Positions 39,358 to 49,512 of a stretch of DNA of 64,000 bases are shown one piece after another. The translations under genes and the position numbers were made by a program. The notes beneath the pieces are model-generated. The model saw only the letters and a list, made by a program, of their open reading frames with translations. It ran no database searches and had not been told where the DNA came from. The stretch is from Limnothrix sp. BL-A-16 (lineage in GTDB: Bacteria > Cyanobacteriota > Cyanobacteriia > CACIAM-69d). The stretch covers positions 3,232,001 to 3,296,000 of the forward strand of contig CP166615.1 in the NCBI GenBank assembly GCA_041937175.2, in the 5' to 3' direction. The stretch's first letter is position 1. Every line of letters starts with the position of its first letter.

Positions 39358-40445
39358 TCTGGGACTCCTTGAATTTCAACCGGTAAACATAGACCACATC
39401 CCAATTGCTTGAGTGAAAATCCTTCCTTGGGAAACCACTCTTCAGGAAAATCCCACCAGGTCATGTTTAAAGGCTCGCGGAAAACATAAACACTGCCACT
39501 GGGAACGGCATACCGCCCTCGCCCTAGTCGCCGCCCTTTTCGAGGATCATCTTTGTTTTGACCCACTCGATAGCGATAGGGCACAGGTTTATCCATCAAC
39601 AACTTGAGGTCACGCTTCGGGAAACTCGGATGTTGTGGATAACGATAGGAAAGGTTATTTGACCCCCAAACGGCCGGAGTGATTAAGGCAAAAGCATGAG
39701 AGATTTTTTGAGCTAGCAACCGATTTAATGGATGTCGCTCGTTAATTGGTTTAGTTTCAATCTCTGCCAAATGTCCTTCGCCACCAAGCCGATACCAACC
39801 ATTGAGATCAATAGTTTCCAAATTAGTTAAGTAAACTAGGCATACATCTTCAGGAAGTTGAACAGCATTTTCCAAAAACAAGCCATCTTCATGCAATACA
39901 TGACGCTCATCATTCCGCATTTGAGTATGTAGGAATGGGGTTGATTTCCAGGGAGATGATCTAAGAGACTGATCGTTTTCTTTAATTTCCTCGTTAGTCC
40001 AGTTCCAGGTATTAATGCGTTGCCAGATGGTTGATGCTGAACCCTTAATATCTCCAGATCCTCGATGCCAGCGATATTGATTGAGATATTGACTATTTGA
40101 CTGATTGGATTGTCGTGCTAGCGACCACTCATCTACTGATGCCCATTTATTTTCGCCTGTTGCACCAATGATCCGATGACGAGGCATAGGCACATAAAAG
40201 TCTTTAGGACTCCTGGTGTATGCCCAAAATGGTCCCGCAACCACTAGTTCTTGTTGAAGTAGGCTTGGATTCATGAAGTTTTGAATTTGATTTGCACCCA
40301 AAATTAGTCCAGATATTGCAGCAGCATCGGGAGGAAATTTATAGTTGGATTTGCCTACCAGACTGCCTATCGACAGAAATCCTCCAGAGCTGGCATACAT
40401 AAAGCCCAATGGAGAAATAGTCACTAGAGATTTGAATTCCGACAT
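39333..40445 (-). CDS. cmr3: Cmr3 (Cas5)
   Basis: FPPDAA, LGGEGHL, LITPAVW, YAVPSGSVY, KQLGCG. Confidence 0.88.
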   Translation of the reverse strand: MSEFKSLVTISPLGFMYASSGGFLSIGSLVGKSNYKFPPDAAAISGLILGANQIQNFMNPSLLQQELVVAGPFWAYTRSPKDFYVPMPRHRIIGATGENKWASVDEWSLARQSNQSNSQYLNQYRWHRGSGDIKGSASTIWQRINTWNWTNEEIKENDQSLRSSPWKSTPFLHTQMRNDERHVLHEDGLFLENAVQLPEDVCLVYLTNLETIDLNGWYRLGGEGHLAEIETKPINERHPLNRLLAQKISHAFALITPAVWGSNNLSYRYPQHPSFPKRDLKLLMDKPVPYRYRVGQNKDDPRKGRRLGRGRYAVPSGSVYVFREPLNMTWWDFPEEWFPKEGFSLKQLGCGLCLPVEIQGVPECTTERSA

Positions 40446-42181
40446 AATTGCCACCCTACTTCGATCAGATCATCTACCCACATGATGAAGCGAAAGCCTT
40501 TATCTACAAACTCGAGATTTCCAAAGAATTTATGCAGCCCATCTCGCATTACTGCACTCCAAATTCTAGAGCTTTGATTCTGGAAGTACAAATCAAAAAT
40601 TGTCTGGGCTACGTCACGATGTATAGGGCGATATTTCTTCGGATCGAGCAAAATAGCATGGCGATCCTTTAAAGCAGCCCAATCACTGTAGATATGACTC
40701 CAGTTCGCTTCAGCACCTGTTTTGTTGTTACGATCGCAATAGCTATCCAAAATTGCTAGCTCATCCCAGGGGCAAGTCCATTGCACAAATCGACCGCTGT
40801 TGAACACGATGCGGATGGTGACTCGATCGCGCCCTAGGTTTTTTGAGCGTTGTTCAGCTTCTCGGCAATGCTGCAAAATATCGCGTTGTGGAACCTGATG
40901 ACCAGCCCAAACAAACCCCACGCTATACGTCAGCTTAAATCCCAATTCGTGCTGCGTATCTGCTTGGATTTGTTGCCATTTCTCGGGGAGCTTTTTTAGC
41001 CAGTTCCATGCTTCAATCGGCTGAACTTTTGCTGGCAATTTATTTGAGTTACTAGGCTCTTCGCTATAAAGAACACCAAGAAAGTCATCCCCACCAGCAT
41101 AAATCACACGCCCCTTTCCCTCAGGAAATAGCTCTTTTGCTTTGGCAAACTTTTGCCCCCAATTTCGCATTAAGGTTGAAAATCGTTGAAGATTGCGATC
41201 ACGTTTTTGGGGGCTATCAGGATAGCGATTAGCCAGGTCAGTTAGTTTGTCACCCACCTTGTCACCATCGCCCATAAACCAACCTGTCCAGTAATCCTTC
41301 TCGCGGTAAATATCGCGAAACGACGTTTCAGGATGATCAATGCCAATATCAAGCGCTAATGGCTCAAAGGTAACAAGGCGTTTTGCCAGCTCAGGAATGC
41401 TCAAGCGTTCGCGGGGGCTGATAAATTTCCCGCCGTCATTATCTGGATTAGCAAAGTGATCCTTCAGTTCCTGATCAGAAGGAAATGATTGATGGCAGCG
41501 CTTAAAATCATCCAAAATCCAGGCTAAGCGAAGATAAAAACGCTCGATATCCTGTCTTTCGCTGGCTGAAAACGATCGCCCTGGATTGTTGTCAGGTTTG
41601 CCCAATCCGGGCCAGGCGATCGCATCAGTTCCCGTAATACTGGAGCTTTCACCAACCCAATTAATCCCAATCCAATCCCGCTTCAGCTTACGAGTTTCCA
41701 AGTCCTCCATCGCTGATTGGGGTGTTGTGCCATAGCCCCAAAACACTTCCCACGCATAGAGTCCCCAGCGCTCCCACTCACCGGCCCCACGCCGATCGCC
41801 CGGGATGGGCTGTGACCAAAAGTAGGACTCACTGGGTAGGTTCTGCTCAATCCAGCATCGGCAAGATTGAAGGAGCATTTGCCAATGCTTGAGCAGACTC
41901 TTTTTGACATCATGGCGCTTAATTTTTGGCCCTTTCAGCAAAATGCGATTGGGCATACCTCTTTGATGATCAATGCAGGCAGGGGAAATTACTTCAGCGC
42001 TCTGCCCATCTGCATTTCGGGTTAGGTCTTCAATTAGTTTTTGGCTCAGATAGGACAAAATTTGGGAAGCGCCAAACAAATCACGCAACTTACGAGACTT
42101 TTCGATGAACCCTTGGACGGGCGCAAAACTAATGGCGGTGTAAATGACGGCGGAATCAGACATCTTCTGTTCTGAAGTCAT
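40424..42181 (-). CDS. cas10: Cas10/Cmr2 lacking the HD domain
   Basis: Begins directly at PVQGFIEKSRKLRDL; GDGDKVG and YAGGDDFLG palm motifs; only 585 aa. Confidence 0.92.
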   Translation of the reverse strand: MTSEQKMSDSAVIYTAISFAPVQGFIEKSRKLRDLFGASQILSYLSQKLIEDLTRNADGQSAEVISPACIDHQRGMPNRILLKGPKIKRHDVKKSLLKHWQMLLQSCRCWIEQNLPSESYFWSQPIPGDRRGAGEWERWGLYAWEVFWGYGTTPQSAMEDLETRKLKRDWIGINWVGESSSITGTDAIAWPGLGKPDNNPGRSFSASERQDIERFYLRLAWILDDFKRCHQSFPSDQELKDHFANPDNDGGKFISPRERLSIPELAKRLVTFEPLALDIGIDHPETSFRDIYREKDYWTGWFMGDGDKVGDKLTDLANRYPDSPQKRDRNLQRFSTLMRNWGQKFAKAKELFPEGKGRVIYAGGDDFLGVLYSEEPSNSNKLPAKVQPIEAWNWLKKLPEKWQQIQADTQHELGFKLTYSVGFVWAGHQVPQRDILQHCREAEQRSKNLGRDRVTIRIVFNSGRFVQWTCPWDELAILDSYCDRNNKTGAEANWSHIYSDWAALKDRHAILLDPKKYRPIHRDVAQTIFDLYFQNQSSRIWSAVMRDGLHKFFGNLEFVDKGFRFIMWVDDLIEVGWQLCRNSNL

Positions 42182-42408
42182 GTTGAAAGTCCCGTGGCCT
42201 AATCAAGCTTGAAGCGACTTGATTGTTTTCACATCTGTGCCTTGGCTACCATCCTAAGGGATGCATCCCCTAAGCGAGGTGTAAGTTTTGATATTGTTTA
42301 TTAAGCAACATCAATGCTTGTAAGGCTTTGTGTTGTTGGGTTTGGCGCGATCACCCTCTGGCCGGGAAAATAATATTTCTGGGTAGGCGGACGGCTGGAG
42401 ATGTGTTA

Positions 42409-43575
42409 ATGGCAACCCGATCGCATCATGGGTACGAGGAGCCGATCGCCTTCGATCGCCTGCTGCTGTTGGCGGCCCTGTTGGCTCAGGAGCCGGGCAG
42501 CGGAGCGATCGAAGCGGGGGGCTTGGCTGCGATCGGGGCGGCCCTGCGCGATCGGGCGACGGCCCTGGGGCGGCCCTTTCCGGCAGATTACCCCTCGATT
42601 CCGACCTTGCGGAAGGATTTGGCCACCTTGCGGGCCTACGGACTGCTGGGCGATCGGATGTATCGCTGGGGCTATTACCTAGGGGTGGGTGGGCTGTCAG
42701 CGGCGGAACTGACGATCGCCCTGAATGGGTTGCGGCTGATGGCGATCGACCTGGGCGATCCACAGGTGGCCCAATGCTGGGAGGCGATCGAGCGGCGGCT
42801 GAAGTCTTGGGATGCGGAGGCCAAGGGGCAACTCACCTATCTGCTCCGGCGATCGCTCTCGCGCCCCGTGAGTGAGCAAGACCCGATCGCCCGGATGCAA
42901 CGGGGTCAAGATTGGGATCGGCTGGCGGAACGGTTGGAGGCGATCGAGCAGGCAATTTTGACCGGCCAGGCGATCGAACTGAAGGTGGCCCGCTCACCAC
43001 ACCCGGACGATCGGGGCGATCGGGAGCGGCTCTATCCGTTGCAGTTGCTGTTTTACGACGTGGGTTGGTATTTGCTCTATGAAAAAGTGGATTCGGGCCA
43101 GTTTGCCACCCGGCGGATCGATCGCCTGAGTGCGGAGGTGCGACCGTTGCCGTTGCCGCCCCGGGGCTTACGGATCCAATGGCAACGGCTGCGGAAAGCG
43201 ACGGATCTGCTTTCGGCCGGTTGGGGACTGTTTTTAGGGGAAGCGACGGAACAGGCGCAGGAGTTGGCGGGGCGGGAATCGTTGGTGTCGGCGGCGGTGC
43301 GGTTTTGGCGGCCGACGGCGGATTTTATTGCGGAGGGCGATCGCCGCCACCCATCCCAGGAGATGAGCTGGGGAAGTTCGACGGGCGAGGGGCGCGATTG
43401 GTTGGATTTTCGGGTGCGGTTGCCGAGGCGATCGATCGCTGAGTTTGGGCGGTGGGTGCGGCGGTATGGGAGCGATGCGGTGGTGCTGGAGCCGCCGGAG
43501 TTGGTGGCGCAGTTTCGGCAGATGGCGATCGCCCTGGCCCAGGCCTATGGGGTTGGGGCAGGCGGTTCTAGCTGA
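42409..43575 (+). CDS. HTH-WYL-WCX transcriptional regulator, divergent from cas10
   Basis: TLRKDLATL HTH, LYPLQL..GWYLL, RIDRL, YGSDAVVLEPPEL; RBS GGAG. Confidence 0.88.
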   Translation: MATRSHHGYEEPIAFDRLLLLAALLAQEPGSGAIEAGGLAAIGAALRDRATALGRPFPADYPSIPTLRKDLATLRAYGLLGDRMYRWGYYLGVGGLSAAELTIALNGLRLMAIDLGDPQVAQCWEAIERRLKSWDAEAKGQLTYLLRRSLSRPVSEQDPIARMQRGQDWDRLAERLEAIEQAILTGQAIELKVARSPHPDDRGDRERLYPLQLLFYDVGWYLLYEKVDSGQFATRRIDRLSAEVRPLPLPPRGLRIQWQRLRKATDLLSAGWGLFLGEATEQAQELAGRESLVSAAVRFWRPTADFIAEGDRRHPSQEMSWGSSTGEGRDWLDFRVRLPRRSIAEFGRWVRRYGSDAVVLEPPELVAQFRQMAIALAQAYGVGAGGSS

Positions 43576-43976
43576 TTGAGGGCCCCGCAGATATATTTCT
43601 TGACGGTTTCGCGGCTGGCGGTCACGCCGCTGGGCAAGGTAAACACCATCTCAACGGTGGTTTGGTTATTTTCTGCGAAGGCAAATACGTCAATGGGCAA
43701 GGCCCGTTGAAAGGCGGTGGCGGGATTTTCGGCGCGCATCGTACCGTTGGCTACGTCGGTGCTGAGGGTGCGAATGCCTTCGCGGGCCAAAATCACCCGC
43801 AGTTGAAAGAAGGCTCTTTCGACGGATAGGCCTTGGACTTGGACGCGGGCGAAGTAGGCGGAACCGTTGAAGAAGTCGCCTTTTTTGTCGAAGCTTTCTT
43901 CGCAGGTGGTGGCCAGGGCGGGCGTGCCAAGGCAGAGCAAGGCCAGGCTCAGGAGGAGCGATCGCATGGTTTGCAT
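43545..43976 (-). CDS. Small secreted hypothetical protein
   Basis: Signal peptide ending PALA; two Cys. Confidence 0.72.
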   Translation of the reverse strand: MQTMRSLLLSLALLCLGTPALATTCEESFDKKGDFFNGSAYFARVQVQGLSVERAFFQLRVILAREGIRTLSTDVANGTMRAENPATAFQRALPIDVFAFAENNQTTVEMVFTLPSGVTASRETVKKYICGALNQLEPPAPTP

Positions 43977-44119
43977 GATCGGGTCGAAGAACAAAACCTC
44001 AGGATTGCCGATCGGGAATGGGCATGGCCATAGCGGTGTGACACAAAGGAGCCACAGCACGCGATCGTGTAGAGCAATGATGGCGGCCCAAGTAATCGGA
44101 AATAGTCGGCTTGCCCGAT

Positions 44120-44184
44120 CAACCGATCCACAACCTCCGCGAAACAATGCGGGTTTTAGTCGATCGCCCCAGGTTGTGGATCGG
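44120..44184. repeat. Second copy of the CRISPR leader core with no array
   Basis: 44120-44181 matches 31964-32025 at 56/62 nt; 14-bp perfect inverted repeat 44123-44136 / 44171-44184. Confidence 0.9.
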
Positions 44185-44195
44185 CTCATTGTTGA

Positions 44196-44465
44196 CTAGC
44201 CGACCGTGATATTCGGCTCCTCGCAGAAATTCACCAACACCGTTTCGCTTTCCGACTCATCCTCAAACACAAAGCTGATGTACCACTCACAGGGCGAATC
44301 ATTCGTATGTTCCGCCCAAGTGACCGTTGCCCCCTCCCCAGAAGCAATTCCCTCTTCTGGCAAATCGAACTGCGACCACTCCTCATCATCGGGCGAAACC
44401 CAAATTTCCAGAATGGTTTGATCGGTGTTGTTGGTGACCGTAAAGCTAAACAAATCGTCCGACAT
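44196..44465 (-). CDS. Small acidic beta-rich hypothetical protein
   Basis: 89 aa; FTVTNNT...EIWVSP...W...CEW...NFCE pattern. Confidence 0.65.
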   Translation of the reverse strand: MSDDLFSFTVTNNTDQTILEIWVSPDDEEWSQFDLPEEGIASGEGATVTWAEHTNDSPCEWYISFVFEDESESETVLVNFCEEPNITVG

Positions 44466-44679
44466 GGGGGGTATATCCCAAAATTGCAGAATACGGCTCC
44501 GTTCTAGACTCCAAACCGGGTCGCTGTGGGCTTTCCTTAGCTTTTCTTCACCACGCCGTTCCCTTGCCCGCAATTCAAATTTCAACTCCTATGCTGAAAT
44601 GAAACCCTGGTCGATCGGGCGTTCCTGAACCGATCGGTCTTGGTTTTGATGGTTTTTGATCAATTAGGAGCAAGATTCG

Positions 44680-45444
44680 ATGAAATGGACTGGCAAACAA
44701 GGCCCATGGCTCGCGGGCCTGTCCCTCGCGATCGCCAGCACCGCCGCGATCGGGGGTTGGGGATTTAGCCAATGGCGGGGCCAACAACCCGCCGCATCGG
44801 CCCAAGGTTCCAACCCCATCGCCCAGGCCAGCCCCGCCCTTTGTCCTCCCGGCGGGGACGCGGCCGGCGGCATGGCGCATCATATGCACTCGATGCAGGT
44901 GAGCAGCGAGTTTGAATTCATCAGCCACATGATTCCGCACCACCAGGAGGCGATCGACACGGCCAAGCTCGTGCGCGATCGCACCCAACGGCCGGAAATG
45001 CGGCAATTTACCCAAGCGATTATTGATGCCCAAAGCCGGGAGGTGAGCCAAATGAAAACATGGCTGCAAACCTGGTATCCCAACCAAACCAGCACCCAGG
45101 CCTACCAGCCCATGATGCGCCCTCTGGAACCTTTGCAAGGGGATGCGCTGGATCAGCAGTTCTTGCAAGATATGGTGATGCACCATCAAGGGGCGGTGAT
45201 GATGGCCCAAAGCCTGATTCAAGGCAAGTTGGTGAAACATCCGCCCGTGCAGTCGATGGCTCAGGATGTGATTCGCACCCAAAGCCAGGAGATTGATCAG
45301 ATGCAAACCTGGTTGGGGGCTTGGTTCCCGAACGGTGGCCAATGTGGGCGATCGACGACGGATTCCACGGGCAACGGGTTAATGCACCACGGCATGAACC
45401 ACGGGAACATGAACCACGGCATGAACCATGGGAAACAGCCTTAG
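44680..45444 (+). CDS. DUF305 (CopM-like) periplasmic metal-binding protein
   Basis: MIPHHQEA and MVMHHQGA repeats; His/Met-rich tail. Confidence 0.88.
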   Translation: MKWTGKQGPWLAGLSLAIASTAAIGGWGFSQWRGQQPAASAQGSNPIAQASPALCPPGGDAAGGMAHHMHSMQVSSEFEFISHMIPHHQEAIDTAKLVRDRTQRPEMRQFTQAIIDAQSREVSQMKTWLQTWYPNQTSTQAYQPMMRPLEPLQGDALDQQFLQDMVMHHQGAVMMAQSLIQGKLVKHPPVQSMAQDVIRTQSQEIDQMQTWLGAWFPNGGQCGRSTTDSTGNGLMHHGMNHGNMNHGMNHGKQP

Positions 45445-45874
45445 GCTTCGTTGTATTCGCCATCGGGTTTGCACCGTGGTGATTCGCCACCATGATTAGT
45501 CTGGGTCAATAGTCCAGCAGGGGCCGTATAGGGCCGGCCGCTAGCATCCATCGGGAATGGCATGGGATCACCATCCCGATCGCCCATCGATTTTGGTTGA
45601 CTATGGTTGATTCTTAAAGAAATGGCTAAGGAACAAGCAGCCATTAGCCACAACTTCAACGAATTTTCTGAGGAAATGGCCCTGGCACTTTCTGGGACAA
45701 TTTGGACAACCCAACGCCCCGGGGACATTTTCTGAGCCAAAAAACTTCTGAGCCAGAAAAACCGTCAGGAAATTTTTACAAATTCCACAGGGGGGCGATC
45801 GCCGGCCGGCGGGAACCTTGGTATCGTGGAGATATAAATCGTATACCGCAATACGAAATAGATCAGGAAGCTTA

Positions 45875-46016
45875 GGGTGTGTCGTCAAATCGCCTGAAAC
45901 CCTGATTCCACCGTTGGCAGATCGTGGAAGACAAGATGCTCAAGCCCCTTGTGACGACGACTGGGACATGTAAAATCAATCGTTTCTGCCTGATCCTAGG
46001 AAATGACGACAGACCC
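45875..46016. mobile_element. MITE-like element, end-type A, 142 bp
   Basis: Inverted ends GGGTGTGTCGTCA / TGACGACAGACCC flanked by TA; degenerate central palindrome at 45932-45951. Confidence 0.75.
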
Positions 46017-46152
46017 TATTTCCTAACGTTATATTTGCGCCGTTTTAGCGCTAGTTTGGCGCTGTTCTGGTGCTTTGCGAGGGTTCGCTCACGCCACCTC
46101 ACTGCTCGATCGATTCATAACTGCCGAATCTGTTCCTCAAGAATTTCACCGT

Positions 46153-46905
46153 ATGCTGGCCAGCGATCGCGCCCTGAAATTTAATCCCCTGGATGCGGGG
46201 CAACCCAGCCGCATCCTGATTGTTGAAGACGAAGAACTGATTCGCGATATGGTTGCCGCGGCCCTGCGCGACGAGGGCTATGAAGTATTAGTGGCGGCCG
46301 ATGGGGCTGCGGCCTTGAACCTGTTGAATCTGAACAATCCCGGCGACATGAACCGCCCGCCCGACTTGATTGTTCTGGATTTGATGTTGCCCCGGGTGAA
46401 TGGGCTGGATCTGTGTCGGCTGTTGCGCCAGCGCCAAGATCCCGTGCCGATTTTGATGCTGAGTGCTAAGGGCAGCGAGACCGATCGGGTGTTGGGGCTG
46501 GAAGTGGGGGCTGATGACTACCTCACGAAGCCCTTCAGTATGCGGGAGTTGGTGGCTCGTTGCCGGGCCCTGCTGCGGCGCAATCGGATCGTGAGCGCGG
46601 CCCAACCGGAAGTGCTGCGCTATCGGGATATTGAACTGTATCCCCAGGAATGCCGGGTGGTGGTGCGAACTCAGGAAGTGAACCTGTCACCGAAGGAATT
46701 TCGACTGCTGGAATTGTTTGTGCAACATCCCCGGCGGGTTTGGTCTCGGGAGCAATTGCTGGAGCGCATTTGGGGCATTGACTTCATTGGCGACAGCAAA
46801 ACCGTTGATGTGCATATCCGCTGGCTGCGAGAAAAGATTGAGCTAGATCCCAGCACGCCTGAATACATCGTCACCATTCGCGGCTTTGGCTATCGATTTG
46901 GTTAG
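46153..46905 (+). CDS. sphR: Phosphate regulon response regulator (SphR/PhoB, OmpR family)
   Basis: Receiver (VEDEE, LDLMLP) and TVDVHIRWLREK; upstream of kinase and phoU. Confidence 0.85.
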   Translation: MLASDRALKFNPLDAGQPSRILIVEDEELIRDMVAAALRDEGYEVLVAADGAAALNLLNLNNPGDMNRPPDLIVLDLMLPRVNGLDLCRLLRQRQDPVPILMLSAKGSETDRVLGLEVGADDYLTKPFSMRELVARCRALLRRNRIVSAAQPEVLRYRDIELYPQECRVVVRTQEVNLSPKEFRLLELFVQHPRRVWSREQLLERIWGIDFIGDSKTVDVHIRWLREKIELDPSTPEYIVTIRGFGYRFG

Positions 46906-48445
46906 TGTCCTAGTCGGTTTAGGACTGGGGCTAGGGGTTGGGGTGTGGCAACAGGCGCGGCTGCGTTCTCGCCTGATGCAGCTTTTTGCGCCCATTTTGG
47001 CCGATGAGGTGGCGATTCCGTTGGGGCTGGAGTCCTTGGTGCGGCGCGGAGTGGTGGCGGCGCTCGATCGGGAAGTGGCCCTGGAGTCTCAGCTCGAAAT
47101 CTGGGAGAAGGCCCTGGCGGCGGCTCCGATCGCCTTTCTGTGGGTCGATCGCGATGATGGCCTACGGTGGTGCAATGATCGGGCCCGGGAATTGTTCGCC
47201 ATCCGTCAGTGGCAACCCAGCCAAGACCGGCTCTTGATTGAGGTGGTGCGCTCCTACGATTTGGATCAGTTGGTGCAACAAACCCGGCGGGGCCGGCTCA
47301 CTTGCCAACGGGACTGGACTTTTTATGGGGATCCACGGCCGGAACCCACGGAACCGACGGAGGGCCCGGAGTTCAGCGACCACGGGACGATCGATCCGCC
47401 ATTGCCGGGGCCGGGAACCGCCACCAAGGGGGTGGGGCTGGCCCTGCGGGGGTGGGGAATTCCGCTGCCCCATGGTCATGTGGCGATTTTTGTGGAAAAT
47501 TGCCAACAGATGGTGGATTTGGCCCGCAGTCGCAACCGGTGGATTAATGATTTGGCCCATGAGTTGCGCACGCCCCTCACGTCCATTCAATTGGTGTTTG
47601 AAACCCTGCAAAAGCAACTGGAACCGCCCTTGAGCCATTGGGTTGATCGGGCGATGCCGGAAGTGAAACGGCTGGTGCGCTTTGTGCAAGATTGGCTGGA
47701 TTTGAGCCAAATGGAACAGAATCCGGGGCAAATTTTGCGTCTGGAGGTGTTGGACTTGGTGGAGGTGGCCCAGGCGGCTTGGCAGTCGGTGGAACCCTTG
47801 GCGGAACGAAAATCGGTGGCCCTGGTGCTCGATCGGGATGGGTTAGATCATCTTTGGCTCCAGGGCGATCGGGCCAAGCTCCATCGGCTGCTGTTGAATC
47901 TGCTGGACAATGCGATTAAGTACAGCCCGGAAGGTGGGCAAATTTGGCTGCACATTTCCCAAGATGCGCCGGCCTTGACCTTGCCCCAGCCGCCCAAGGA
48001 GTTAGCGGAGGAATTGGCGGAGGAATTGGGTTTGGCGAGCCAGTCGGGCGATCGCGCCTCGGAGTCTGACCCGCACTGGGCCGCCGGAGCGCCCCAGCCC
48101 AACCCCCAAGCGGCCAGCGACTCCCCCGACCCAGACAATGACCCGATCGCCACCTGGGCCTATGCCGACGTGATCGATATGGGGCCCGGATTTTCGCCCA
48201 CGGATTTACCTCACATTTTCGAGCGGCTCTATCGCGGCGACGCTTCCCGCACCCGCGAAACCGATGCCATGATTGCGCCCCAGTTACCCAGCACCGGCAG
48301 CGGCCTGGGGCTAGCGATCGCCCGGCAAATTGCGATCGCCCATGGGGGACAAATTACCGGCAGCAACGACCCCAAAACCGGCGGCGCAAGGCTGCGGGTG
48401 GCCCTGCCGATTCGGGCCATCCGTCAACCCCTGGATGATCTGTAG
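46886..48445 (+). CDS. sphS: Phosphate sensor histidine kinase (SphS/PhoR)
   Basis: AHELRTPLT H-box, NLLDNAIKY, DMGPG, GSGLGL. Confidence 0.85.
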   Translation: MAIDLVSVLVGLGLGLGVGVWQQARLRSRLMQLFAPILADEVAIPLGLESLVRRGVVAALDREVALESQLEIWEKALAAAPIAFLWVDRDDGLRWCNDRARELFAIRQWQPSQDRLLIEVVRSYDLDQLVQQTRRGRLTCQRDWTFYGDPRPEPTEPTEGPEFSDHGTIDPPLPGPGTATKGVGLALRGWGIPLPHGHVAIFVENCQQMVDLARSRNRWINDLAHELRTPLTSIQLVFETLQKQLEPPLSHWVDRAMPEVKRLVRFVQDWLDLSQMEQNPGQILRLEVLDLVEVAQAAWQSVEPLAERKSVALVLDRDGLDHLWLQGDRAKLHRLLLNLLDNAIKYSPEGGQIWLHISQDAPALTLPQPPKELAEELAEELGLASQSGDRASESDPHWAAGAPQPNPQAASDSPDPDNDPIATWAYADVIDMGPGFSPTDLPHIFERLYRGDASRTRETDAMIAPQLPSTGSGLGLAIARQIAIAHGGQITGSNDPKTGGARLRVALPIRAIRQPLDDL

Positions 48446-49512
48446 CGCTTGACGATCGGGCGCAATCCCCAAAAACACCAACAACCGGGGCGATCGAGCT
48501 GTTTGGTAGCCAACAGCACCCCAACCGGTGCAGAAATTTTGAACAATCATCTCAGGGGCGACTCTTCCCGGGATTGCGGCAGATCAGCCCACTAAAGTTT
48601 GGTTAAATTCCCACTAAACTTCTGAGCTGGAACCCCCATCTTAAGAAAATATAAGATATAAAGGAAAGGCAATCTTTTGACATGCATCCATTAATTTCTC
48701 ATTTCCATTCCCCTTTTTACCGAGGCATTTTTATTCCAATCCTTATCCATCAGACAATCGCCAATTAGTCCAATGGCAGCCTTGATTAATCCTAGATTGA
48801 TCTTTCGCAGATTGTCCTTTCATGAACCTTTGATCAGACAACAGCATGAGTCATTAAGTATGAGTCATTAATCACCCCAGTCGATGTTTCGTCATCATTC
48901 CTTGCGATCTTCCCGATCGCTCAAAAATTGTCAAATCCATCAAGATTGATTGGAGTTTGACCCAGCAATCCCTAATTCTATTTCTGTCCGTTGCCTAGCA
49001 GCTTCCCAGAAACTTCCCGGAAATTTTTCCAGTACTTTTGGATCAGCCTTTCCCTAGTCATCAAACTCTCGGCGCGATCGGCTTTGTTCAAAATTTCTGC
49101 CCGAATTTCTGCCCAAAATATTCATAGCCAAGCGTCAAGCCCCTAAGCCACACTCATCTTTCTTTGCCAGACCCCAAACCAAGAGCCAGCAATTCATCAA
49201 GAATTTATGGTGCGATTCATGGTTTTGAGCCTTCGCTTCCCCCGATCACGCCATTCGTGACTCCTCCATCCTCTAGCTCTTTTTCTCATCTCTTCTCATC
49301 GATCAATGTAGCTCGTAGGCTTTTAGGGCATTGGTATTTTGGTTCTTTGAAGTGAGTGTTTTCAATAGAACTGAGCGGGCAGGGTCATTGCGGGGCAAGG
49401 TCTAAATTCAAAAGAAAATCATCAACAAGACATCATCATGAGCCGATGATCACGGTTTCCAAAGTAGGGTTGGGGCGAGCTGTTGATTCATTCCGTCGTT
49501 TATGAAGGTTCC

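Noticed and set aside
43977..44119. Degenerate repeat-spacer unit (CreA/CreR-like regulatory crRNA) after the orphan leader
   Set aside because: No recognisable repeat similarity found by eye
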